64,000 nucleotides of DNA, taken from NCBI GenBank assembly GCA_951406725.2, contig OX597815.1:112716001-112780000 (forward strand). Direction: 5' to 3'. The position numbers were made by a program, and so were the translations under genes. The notes under the pieces were generated by a model that was given only the letters and a program-made list of their open reading frames with translations, did not search any database and was not told the DNA's origin. The stretch is from Octopus vulgaris. Taxonomy: Eukaryota. Below, piece by piece: positions 27,229-38,431 of the stretch. How positions within the stretch are numbered: the first letter of the stretch is position 1; every line of letters starts with the position of its first letter.

Positions 27229-27465
27229 GCTCGCGCGCGCGCATACATATGGAAGTCAATTGTGTTGATCAAGATTTCTCCATTTTCTGCTTAATTTAAA
27301 TTTAATTCCTGATAAGCTCTTGTTTATCGTTGTTATTGCTTGTATCTTATGAGCATAATATGCTTGCATATGTATGACCAGGGTAAATATAGGTAATGTA
27401 TACCGGTAGTAAAGGGGATATTCTTATCCCTTAGACAGTTATTCCACCCGCTGACTCTACTAGCG

Positions 27466-27509
<44 letters not shown>

Positions 27510-27512
<3 letters not shown>

Positions 27513-27672
27513 AGGCTTCTTTCACTTTCCGTCTACCAAATCCACTCACAAGGTTTTGTTCGGTCCAAGGCTATAGCAAGGGACACTTGCTCAAGTTGCC
27601 GAGCAGTAGTACTAAACCAGAAACCGTGTAGCTGGGAAACGAGCTCTTTACCTGACATCCTTGGTCGCCTCT
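27510..27672 (-). mobile_element. SINE family 1, 5' half
   Basis: TTTCCGTCTACCAAATCCACTCACAAGG is the reverse complement of the family-1 body. Confidence 0.75.
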
Positions 27673-28039
27673 AATGAGAAAATACTTATAGGTATTATTG
27701 TTGTTGCTCTTTAGTTTCAGAACACCATTGATTGATTGGACCTATGAGAAAAGACAATGCCAACTTCAAACATCTGAGAATTTTATATTTCGGGGACGTA
27801 TCGTTCAGTTTCTCCCATTTCTATTAAAAGGTGACGGAATGTAATTGAGGGCATATTTTGCGCATTGTTTTAATTCGCCGGAATGCGCCTGATCAGAAAT
27901 AGCATATGTATGCCGACGAGAATTAATATATAGAATTGATAGAAAGCGCACTGATGACAACTTCTTGGTTTTGTCATGTGTTGTGAAACTATACAGAACT
28001 CCAAACGAAATAGAATTTCTTATTGATATATATATATAT

Positions 28040-28762
28040 AGCAATAAGAATATGGAGGGGATTTAGAGGTGGTATTCATGGAGGGGATCAAGAGGTAGAC
28101 ATTATATTCTGTCTATTTATTTATTTTCAATTTTTATCTTTTAATTTTTTTAAACCATTATAACATTATACATACATTTATGATATATCATGATTTACAT
28201 ATATAATATATAAAATATATAAAAATACCAGTAATTATTAAAATATATAACGTGGGGCATAGGAAGTAGAATAGTACCTTACAGCTGTTTCAGCGAAGAG
28301 GTCATAGTACCCCACTTTACTTCCATCCCTTCAGTGAACTGAAGTATTTGGTAGATAAGAATAAGGTACTTCGGTGTGCCTCTGGGCTTCATCAGAGATT
28401 TTAGAAAGTTCATAATGTTAAGTTTTAATATAAATACATACATATATACACACTTTTACATATACATACGTATACATAAATATACATAAATGCATATCTA
28501 TACATACAAAGGAATCAATTATTATTATTATTAGGTGTATTATATTATTCCTATTAGATAAAGTCTAAACAGAGGGAAAAATTATCAAAAGAGAAAAATA
28601 ATAGTGAAATTTAAATGATCAATCTATCTTAGGATTATTGTAGTTATGTAGGAATGAAAGAAAAATAAACCAAATAAAACATAAAAATTAATAAATAGGC
28701 ATAATATAATGTCTAAAAGTTGATGAATACCACCTCTTGATCCCCTCCATTTTCTTATTGCT
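28040..28762. mobile_element. Non-coding element with ~90 bp inverted termini and an internal hammerhead (PLE pLTR-derived)
   Basis: AGCAATAAGAATATGGAGGGGAT..AGAGGTGGTATTCAT..AGACATTATATT pairs with AATATAATGTCT..ATGAATACCACCTCTTGATCCCCTCCATTTTCTTATTGCT. Confidence 0.75.
28276..28399 (-). ncRNA. Canonical minimal type-I hammerhead ribozyme
   Basis: Minus strand ATCT-CTGATGA-AGC(CC)AGAGG...CCTCT(TC)GCT-GAAAC-AGCT-GTA-AGGT. Intact core, 4 bp stem I, extended stem II, palindromic stem III ACAGCTGT, GUA cleavage triplet. Confidence 0.85.
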
Positions 28763-29859
28763 GTATAAATTAAGGATTAAACAACTTTTTACCTTCACCC
28801 ATTTATTACATTCGGTAGTGTAATTGCCATGCAAAAAAAAAACACTTGTGTAGTAATAATACCAGCAGTATATATGATAGATATTATCTTTTAGTCTGTT
28901 GGATTCACAACATCTAACTCTCTTGGAATTATATATACATATATATATATATATGCAATCAGTATGTATGAAAGTGTATTACTTTTCATAAAAGTAAGTG
29001 CAAAACTCTGAGATATAACATTGTTATTATTTGTTTCTTTAAATGACATTCATTTTAACAGTAAAATAAAAATAGAATATTTACTGCAAAGATGACTAAG
29101 AACAAGTTAATCATTTCCTTTACTGCATTGCTCTCCTTTATTTTACTTCTGTATCTCCGCAATTTCCTCTAACTTCCAGACGACATTTCAAAGTAACTGT
29201 TCACTAGTAATGATTTCTTTTTAATTAATATTTTGATTCTACTAACTGTATTGAGTCCTTTGTTCGGTGCATGTTTGAAGTGCATCAGCACTGAAACATA
29301 CAATAATGAAAGCTATTTCATATATGTCGTACCGTGTAACCTTAAGAAGGATTAAGTTTTCACACAATAAATCAGGCATGTACTAACCCCTTCAGGAAGT
29401 AAAGTTAAATATATTTCTTTATGGAACAGTATCTTGCGAACGTCTAATTGCATGTCACTCGTTGTGTTCCCTTTTATAAAGCAAAACATAAATACTAGAA
29501 GCCAAAGAAAGAACGTGGGTAGAAAGAAAGGACGAAATCAAAAATGAAAATAGAAGAGTAGGATAGAATGTTGAGATACAGCGATTGTTTTCCTCAAACG
29601 CATCTATCACTTCTTTCATCAATTCTCTTCTGTCCTGTTCTTCTTTTCTTCGTCCTTCTCGTCAGTCGTTTGTCTCCATTGCTTGTTTCCCCTTTTCTCA
29701 ACTCTTATACATATTTCCATTATGAGCTCTCCGAAATGTTCACTAGGGTCGAAAAGGGAAAGGAACTTTAGCTCTGTAAGCTTCTTTAATATATACTTGT
29801 ATAATTTTATGAGTGCGTGTGTATGTGTATGAGTTTGTACGCGCGTGTGTGTGTGTGTT

Positions 29860-29921
<62 letters not shown>

Positions 29922-30240
29922 TGTGTTGAACAATGGCTTAAAATGGTATAATTCTGTCTTGACCCTTGAGGTTCTTGCCATAGCTGGAGGTGGAATTCTG
30001 TGTGAAAGATAAAATAATTTAGAGGGAAGAGAAAAATGGAGGATATAAAAACAACAAAGTATGCAAGAAAGGAATATATATACATGTATCTGTGTGGGTG
30101 TGTATGTGTCTATATGAATAGGAGTATGGAAAGATATGCATTTACATACATTTATTTAAATATATAAAAACACACATTAATATAAATATAGGTATATATA
30201 TATATATATATACATATATATACATATATATATACATATT

Positions 30241-30287
<47 letters not shown>

Positions 30288-30352
30288 GTAGGTGTGTATA
30301 TATTTTTACATTTATATATGTAGGTGTGTATATATATATATATATGAGAATT

Positions 30353-30405
<53 letters not shown>

Positions 30406-30419
30406 ATATATATATATAT

Positions 30420-30658
30420 GAGAATTTGTTATGGGGTTTGAAAATTCATCTGACTCTCTAAGCGTGTTGTCATTTTAAAATTTTGTAATAGATTTATCAA
30501 AATACCATACCGGTTGCGAAAAGATTTTGTAAATAAAAATATATAAAAAGAACAGGGTTGAGGGGAGGTTAAGGTTACAAAGGAATATTCGAAAAAACAT
30601 GCTTAAATGATCAATTGTGCATACAAAATCCTTTGTCGTAAAACACACACATACATTC

Positions 30659-30689
<31 letters not shown>

Positions 30690-30716
30690 TACATATATGT
30701 ATATATATATATATAC

Positions 30717-30769
<53 letters not shown>

Positions 30770-31340
30770 TATATGCATATTTATATACATACATACATAC
30801 ATACAAACATACATACATACATACATACATACATACATACATACATACATACATACATACATACATACATACAAAGTAAGTTTGACTTTAAGAATATCGA
30901 ACTCTCAGCAGCCTAACCAGCGACGAAGAACTCTCCTTCATGTTTGTAAAAAAAATATTTTCTTTCTCCCCCTGATTGTATCTACTTCTTAATACAACTC
31001 AAAATTGCTGAACATTCAATTATATGTGACTGTTATGAACTTCATCGTACGTTTCAACTTGTTTTACTTTTTCTGGGAAACTTATTGGAACTTGTATGGA
31101 CAATTGATTATTTAAGCATGTTTTTTTCTAAATCTTCACTTGCAAATTTAATTTCTCCTAAATCCTCTTCTTATTTATTTGGTATTTACCATTGATAAAC
31201 AAAAAATTGTTGAAACCGGTCTGGTATTTTAATAGATCTATTACAAAATTTAGAAACGATTACACGTTTTAAAATGCAGGTGCATTTTCAAACCCCGAAA
31301 CAAATTCTCCTATATTCTCTCCTGCATGGGAAATCACTTC
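30420..31340. mobile_element. PLE pseudo-LTR pair in inverted orientation, microsatellites inside, U3-A8 HHR-like motif at 31187-31226
   Basis: 30420-30530 is the reverse complement of ~31200-31310. Motif TACCA-TTGATAA-ACAA..TTGT-T-GAAAC-CG-GTC-TGGTA. Same family as 1655-1795. Confidence 0.65.
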
Positions 31341-31370
31341 TTTTCTCCGTGTGTGTGTGTATCTGTGTTA

Positions 31371-31710
31371 AGGCGCATGACTCAGTAGTTAGAGCGTCAG
31401 TCTCACAATAATGAGGTAATGAATTTGATTCCCAGACCAGGCTGTGTGTAGTGTTCCTGAGCAACACACTTTATTTCATATTGCTCCAGTTCAGTGAGTT
31501 GTAGAATTTATTTACGACGTCACTGGTGCCAAGTTGTATCAGCCTTTGCTTTCGTCTTGGATAAAATCGGTGGCGTGGAAAGGGGAGGCCGATATTTATG
31601 GGTTGCGGTTGGTCTTCCATAAACAACCTTGCCCGGACTTGTGACTCGGAGGGGAAGATTTTAGATGCAATTCCATGGTCATTCATGACCAAAGGGATCT
31701 TAACCCTTTT
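31371..31710 (+). mobile_element. tRNA-derived SINE family 3
   Basis: GGCGCATGACTCAGTAGTTAGAGCGTCAGTCTCACAA..GAATTTGATTCCC tRNA-like head, followed by a CCTGAGCAACACACTT central motif. Confidence 0.6.
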
Positions 31711-31959
31711 GTTTGTTTGTGTGTGTATGTGTGTGTGTGAGTGTGTGTGTATGTGCGTGTGCGTGCCTGCGTGCGTGGGGTTGGGGTGCAGATATCACCT
31801 GCTACTGTCAGTCATAATTGCCAGCACATAAATTAATTTCCCCGACTAAGCATATGAGCCGTGTTCAGTCCTGCCTATGAGGTTCAGACTCTCAGTCTTG
31901 CATGCTGTAGCTTACTTACACCGGTTGAAATGCGGAACACTCTGTGCCTGCCGCTCATG

Positions 31960-33330
31960 TGCTTTCTTAACCAGTTATGTGGACGACATCCTCATGCTCA
32001 CTTCACACCATGAACATGTCTCTACAAATTTGGAAACCTTCGATAACATGGACAAACACATTAGGTCCACCATCGAACACCTGAACGGTGATGGTTCCCT
32101 ATCCTTGTTTGACTTTCGGCTGAGCATCACGAACGAGGGAAAAATTGGCACGGCCTACCGAAATCCTTCGTTCCTTACGTCTCTCCACATTAGTTCTAAG
32201 ACCATCTCTATATATAAGATCGCCTGCATGCACAAGAGATGCAGTGAGAGCGCCTGCCAGGACCCACTGGTTGCACAGTTCCGAAAGATACTTAGGATCA
32301 ACGTATACCCAGAGTCCTTCACAAACATCTGCTTCCTGAGGATTCCTCATTTTAATGAAAGAGAATACCTCCACCATGTGTAAGGCCCTCTATAAGGAAG
32401 GCCTCGACATCCTACTGGTTCGTTTGGAACCCTTCTTGTATGAGCACCTGTCAAGTAGAATGTCATACGCAGAACAGCATCCTTGCACACTGCCGAACTT
32501 CCCTATATGCAATATGAACATGTGCCTGCAAACGTATGTGGCTTATAAGATATGGTGTTCGAAATGTGGCAGTTATTACATCGGCAACACGGTCCGACCG
32601 CTTCATGTCTGACTAAAAGAGTACCTGACTACTTCCATAAACACTTAACCAAATGTAGCAACAGTACAAAAGAGATATGCACCTCCATAGTGGTCTGGGG
32701 GAGGAGCACAGAAAATCTCAGTGTCAAGGAAGCTTTACTGATCCACCGTCTTAACCCAAAAATCAATAGTGGATCGGTGTTGAAGAGGTGGCTCCTATAG
32801 ATATAATATCAAACACACCCTACATCTTAGCGACTGCGACCAGTATCTTCACCACCATGACAGTGACTAGCACTGTTACCTACCAGTACCATATTCGCCA
32901 CCATTTACTTTACCATCGTTGTGGCCTGCTGCGACGAGGAGCGTTTGTTCTTGGTCGCCAGCAAACTTCCTACCTACGACTATTACAAGAACATACCATC
33001 GACGCCATCACTCACTACTCCCACGACACTTACCTCTGCCACAATGTAGACAACATCATCACTGACTACCACTGCTACCATGGCATTCACCACGATGAAC
33101 AACCACCTTCACCACCACTACTGCGAAACTACAGCCAGTCTTCAACATCTCAAGCACTGCTGTCAGCAACGTGACGTCTACAGCATCAAATACAGCAACA
33201 TTTGGAAAGCTGCTGCTAATAGCACGAGCACTAGGCTATCCAAAATGGCAGGATGTATATAAATAAATATTTCTTTGACTGTATTCCTCTGAAGACAGGT
33301 TTTTGCGCCCGAAATATAAAGGCAGGGGTG
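31960..33330 (+). mobile_element. 5'-truncated Penelope-like element: RT C-terminus, GIY-YIG and degenerate 3' HHR
   Basis: YVDDILML..IRSTIEHLNGDGSLSLFDFRL..TAYRNP (RT domains 5-7). AYKIWCSKCGSYYIGNTVRPLHV and ENLSVKEALLIHRLNPKINS (GIY-YIG), with frameshifts. ATTCCT-CTGAAGA..GAAA..AGGGGT at 33283-33329. Confidence 0.85.
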
Positions 33331-36221
33331 AATTAGATCCGATTGAAGAGGATATAAGTGGTCTTGCTTCTTGGGGCGAGGAAGAGTCAAGATGGCAGTG
33401 AGCGACAAAGGAATTCGCGCGCACGTATGGTACCATTTGAATATCAACTACATTCCTGCCACAGATATAGGAGGAAGGGACTTGCAAAATTCATGAGCAC
33501 TGGGAGTTCCTCAATTGTTTTGGAGAAGATTGGAATGTGTATACATACATACATACAATGTATGCATACATACACACACACGCGCACGTGTGTATGTGTG
33601 TATGTGAGCCTCTTTGTGTGTGCATGTAAGCACATATTTTATGTGTGTGTATATATACACAATATACAAGCACGTACACACACATATACATGCATACACA
33701 CACATACACACACACAAGCGGCCAAGAGACAGTTTTATCAACATATAAATATGTTTGTTGAAGTTATTTAGTTCAAAGAGTTTCTGTCATCCTGTCATCT
33801 CTTTAGCAGTTAATATCTGCTACACTTTGTTTCCGCCAGACACTCGTGTGTAACCATATTTTTTTTAACAAACTTATTTAAGTTTATCATTTGTTTGCTC
33901 GATGTCTTCCATTCTTGTTCAAGAAAATTCAAGTTACTTTAACTAGTTGTTGCAACTTTCAAACGAGATAAAACAAGAACAATATTTCATTTCAATCAAT
34001 ATCAATACGTCCCTATAAGCAACACAACATTTTTTGCTTGTTTTTCTTTTTCGATATAACAGATGGCTGGATTTCATATTATGATTTATGCTTTCTGTTT
34101 ACGCTACTAATCAAACTGGTAACATATGAAGGTGAATGGTAAATACAATGAGATTTGAATTAAGTTACTTGAAATAAATTATACTATGCCGTTTTCCAAT
34201 CGATGTAATATATAGATAAAGGTCTTAACCATCATATAACCTTTGTTTGTATTGACAGACTTATATGTAAATATTGATGTAAACTGTACACATTGGCATC
34301 TCTAGACATGCATCATGCATAGAACATATAAAAATGTGTTACATAAAGAACCATATGTTCTCTATACTCATATATATGTCTAGAGGTATGTATTTACATA
34401 TGCTCCACAAAGATAGATAGATAGAAGCTCGGATCTTATCTACTCCATTCAGTAATTCTTGTATTCTTATTCGCACACCCGGCAACCCTGGTCGCATACT
34501 GCGAAATATAAAAAGAACTGTTTTCAGTTTATCGTGCTTCGATACGAAAAAATATTCAGAACCTTCCGTCTCAATAAACCAATATTGTCCCTGAAATGTG
34601 TTTTACTTACTTCGGATCGCTTGAAGCTAACTTACTCCTCGATCCCTGGATGTTATATATCACTTGTTCTTAATTTAGTGAACGCTAATTTTGTGGAAGA
34701 CACAGAAGTAGAGAAAATAAAACTAAACTTGTCGCTTAAGGATATGCCACTTACCAACAAAACTGAGTACATGAAATTCATTATTCACCCTATAAACGAA
34801 TTGATTCGACAGATGCAATGGAAGCTTTCTTCTCTCTCTGCAACTCCACGACAAACTCTGATAATCTAAGCCACCAAGCCCTACTCCATGAATTGACATC
34901 CCGCAAAAACCCACCTCTTAACCGACACCTCGACAATTTCGAATATGGTCAAAAACATAAAATTTAAGCCCAAAAGAAAAGCGAACTACCCCCACCTAAC
35001 CAAAATCGATAAAATTATCCAGAAAATTCAGAGATACAAGGGAATCCTCGTCCATGCTGATATGACAAGCAATTTATACAATGTTTCCCTGGACAAATAC
35101 CGAGATTTAATGCTCAAGCAACTACACAAGCACAAAAGAATTGTACTTGATTCGGCTATATAAGAAATCAACTGCAAAAATAGAGATATCGTTTTTAAAC
35201 TTGGACTTGAGGATAGGACCGAATCTACCACACCTCCCCCACCTTATATCGGTTTAAAGGATCACAAAGAAAACTTCGCAGCAGACCCCTCCGTTCACCT
35301 CATCTGCCCCTCCAGCTCCGATATAGGTAAGATCAGCAAAATTATAATCGATCGAATGATACCCCAACTTTCCATCACATCTACGTTAAAACAATGAACC
35401 AAAATCCCTGAAGCTATCCAGTGGTTCAACTCTCTATGCCCTAAGCACACCTTTAATTTTATAGAAGTCGACATCGATCAATACTACTTCAGCATATCTC
35501 CTATCCTTCTAAATAAGGCTCTAATTTTCACCAAAAAACATTCCAGCCTATTTCGTCACGGTATTGATATAATGTAAGCAGCCCGCCAAAATATCATACT
35601 GTTCAATAGGAAATCCTCATGGAGGCCAGCGACTTTATCGTGGAAAGCGTTTCCTACTGAATTTCCTCACTATCTGCTAAGGATTTATTCGATCAATACG
35701 CTGAATATTACAATTATGCCCTCTCTCCATTAAACCCAGAACTGAAAACATCTCCGCACCCCCATATAGTAAAATCCCCCCAATACCACCCCTCCAATAC
35801 CCGTCAAGATGTCAGAGTAACAGACGACCTAAGAAACAACCCTCCTACCAGACGGCCCTAAATCCTATTTACATCACAACTCATCGAATGAGACACTAGC
35901 GTACATCTCCAAAACCCTACCCCCACCCAGGTAACACCCCTATTCGGATTAAAAGAAATAGAACCCGGGACACTATCTGATTCCACCCCACCCCTCACCC
36001 TTAATGTTCAGATTCGTGTACCTAACCTCTTCTTTGCCCTACTCGAAAAACATTTCCCTAGATCTAGCCCCCTTAAAAAGATATTTAACCCCCAATCTAT
36101 AAGATTTTCCCACTCCACCACCACCAACATTACCGGAGTTATCCGACATCTTAATAACAGCAAACTCAGAATTCCATGACCAGCTACCTTCCATTTTAAT
36201 AAATTAACTCAACATAGCCCT

Positions 36222-36283
36222 AAAGGCGGTGCTCCAGCATGACCACAGTCAAATGACTGAAACAAGTAAAAGAGTAAAAGAGT
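36222..36283 (+). mobile_element. 3' tail of SINE family 1 inserted in the PLE
   Basis: TAAAGGCGGTGCTCCAGCATGACCACAGTCAAATGACTGAAACAAGTAAAAGAGTA, flanked by the apparent target duplication TAGCCC. Confidence 0.8.
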
Positions 36284-36569
36284 ATAGCCCCCAGCTCCAT
36301 ACATATAAACCCAAAATACCAATTCCTCCACCATCACCACCTTAACAACACTAACCCTCATAACTCCAAGTATAATTCCGCTACTAACACCCGATCCTTA
36401 AATTTACCACAAAGCCCAACTATACCACTTGTAAAACTAGAGACCGACACAGAAGATACAACCGGGCACAATATTTATCATATTATACAACCCCACATAA
36501 CCATCCTCAACTGCTTAACAAATACTAACCAAGTTCTATATTTAAGAGATGAGGAATTATGTACATTAG

Positions 36570-36794
36570 TTACATTATTTACATTTCACGGATATTTGTC
36601 CTCATCTTGTTTGTTGCTAACACAACGTTTAGGCTGATATACCCTCCAGCCTTCATCAGTTGTCTTGGGGAAATTTCGAACCTGGGTTCTCATTCCTATG
36701 GTATTTTTCGTTGGTTATTATTATTGTTGTTGTTGTTGTTGTTGTTATTATTATTATTATTATTATTACTATTATTATTATTGGTGTTGTTGTT

Positions 36795-36878
<84 letters not shown>

Positions 36879-36968
36879 CAGGTCACTGCTTGGAATCGAA
36901 CTCAGAATCTTGGAGTTAAGAGCACGGGTTACTAACCTCAAGATTCCGAGTTCAATTCCAAGCAGTGA

Positions 36969-37037
<69 letters not shown>

Positions 37038-37181
37038 CAGCGAAAAATACCTTAGGAATGAGAACCCAGGTTCGAAATTTCCCCAAGACACCTGATGAAG
37101 GCTGGAGGGTATATCAGCCTAAACGTTGTGTTAACAACAAACAAGATGAGGGAAAATATCCGTAAAATGTAAATAATGTAA
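36570..37181. mobile_element. ~610 bp fold-back element: each arm = tRNA 3'-half (B box) + (TAA/CAA)n + HHR-like motif
   Basis: 36570-36720 is the reverse complement of 37030-37181. Central hairpin 36881-36969 has GAGTTC(G/A)ATTCC on both arms. HHR-like GACAC-CTGATGA-AGGCTG..CAGCCT-AAAC-GTT-GTGTT at 37087-37132, mirrored at 36619-36664. Confidence 0.9.
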
Positions 37182-37288
37182 ATGACATAACTACTAACCT
37201 TAACGCCACCAATAATAACAAACCTAACACCGGTTTCTCACTAAATAGCAATCCCCTCACAAGTTCATCCGGAACACCCCCTACAAAC

Positions 37289-37708
37289 ATGTGCACCTGC
37301 AGACACTCAAACTCCTGTCATTTAGATAACAGCTGTCTTACAAAAAGCATCGTTTATAAGATTACAGTATCAACTGCCGACTGTAACTACATATATATCG
37401 GCTCATGTAGTACCACCTTCAAAGCTAGGGTGAGCAACCACAACTCCAGTGTCAATTCCCAAACAAAATCCAACAGTACATCGTTATCTCAGATTATCAA
37501 TAAGCTAAATTTTGATACAACTCCTTACACTCTCAAGTGGTCTATATTCAGCCACGTAAAGCCACACAGCAGCTATAATAACAAATGTGATCTATGCATA
37601 GGCGAGGTCATAGCTATTTTGCAATCCAATGACTGTCTTAATGAACGCAGCAATATAATTTTTACCTACAAACATCGATCACTAAATTTATGCTCAAAAT
37701 ACAAATAA
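37289..37708 (+). pseudogene. GIY-YIG endonuclease domain of Naiad-like PLE (open frame, 139 aa)
   Basis: CTCRHSNSCHLDNSCLTKSIVYKITV..YIYIGSCSTTFKARVSNH..LKWSI..KCDLCIGEVIAIL..LNERS. Confidence 0.85.
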
Positions 37709-38431
37709 CAACCTCAACCCGTGTTTCCTCCTAACCTTCATCAAGTTTCCCTCTTACCTACCATCACTACCGCTACATATTAACCAACAATATATCTTCC
37801 TTTAATTCCTTACTCTCATTTACATACTTCTTTCTGAATTTTTCCTTACTTTTAAAAACTTTTTCTTTGTCCCATATTTCACCTGCCTATTTCTCCCCTA
37901 TATCATCTTCGTAGACGTTCAAGTACATACGCCAACATACACCTCTGCTACTTTACACCGTAAACACGCTCACCGCACACAATATACATTCCTCTACTGA
38001 AAACCGGTAGTAGCCGCCGCGATTCTTCCCTCGGTATTACTTTTTACTAATACCACTCTCCTTGCTAATTTCTGTGGTTCCGCCAAAACAACCACCGGTC
38101 TATTGATATTGCTTAAATTCCTCATTCCTCTCACATCCATATTTCTTCTTATTTTTTCTTCTCATAATACTTATTTCTCTCTACATTTATATTCTACTCT
38201 CCTACTGTGTTCTCTACACATTCTGATTGAATCTTCCATGCGATAAAATGTACCTCCTTGTGACAATGTAAACTTTCATTTTATCAAGATATCCTTGGCC
38301 TGAAGAGTAGCCTGCGATAAACTCCTCGCTTGGATATTTAACACTGCTGAGGTCCCGCTCACTATGACCCACATATGTAGCCCGGATTTTATCTACTCCA
38401 TTCCGTAACTCTTATATATAAATATATATAT

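Larger units (their letters stand above)
34431..38413 (+). mobile_element. Decayed Naiad-like Penelope element (RT plus GIY-YIG) with short direct terminal repeat; interrupted by a SINE tail and a fold-back element
   Basis: NLSLKDMP..YMKFII..LIRQMQWK; LVHADMTSNLY; LKDHKENF; IEVDIDQYYFSISPILLNKAL; EN ORF 37289-37708. Direct repeat GGAT(C/T)TTATCTACTCCATTC(A/C)GTAA(T/C)TCTT at 34431-34460 and 38384-38413. Confidence 0.85.

Noticed and set aside
35395-35398. In-frame TGA in the Naiad-like RT as possible selenocysteine
   Set aside because: It falls at the conserved Trp of the (N/K)QW motif (TGG to TGA decay) in an element with other stops and frameshifts.
38298-38352. SECIS-like TGAA...AAA...TGAG downstream of the PLE ORF
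   Set aside because: Helix II does not pair in register with the quartet. It is more likely a decayed HHR, and it lacks GAAA.
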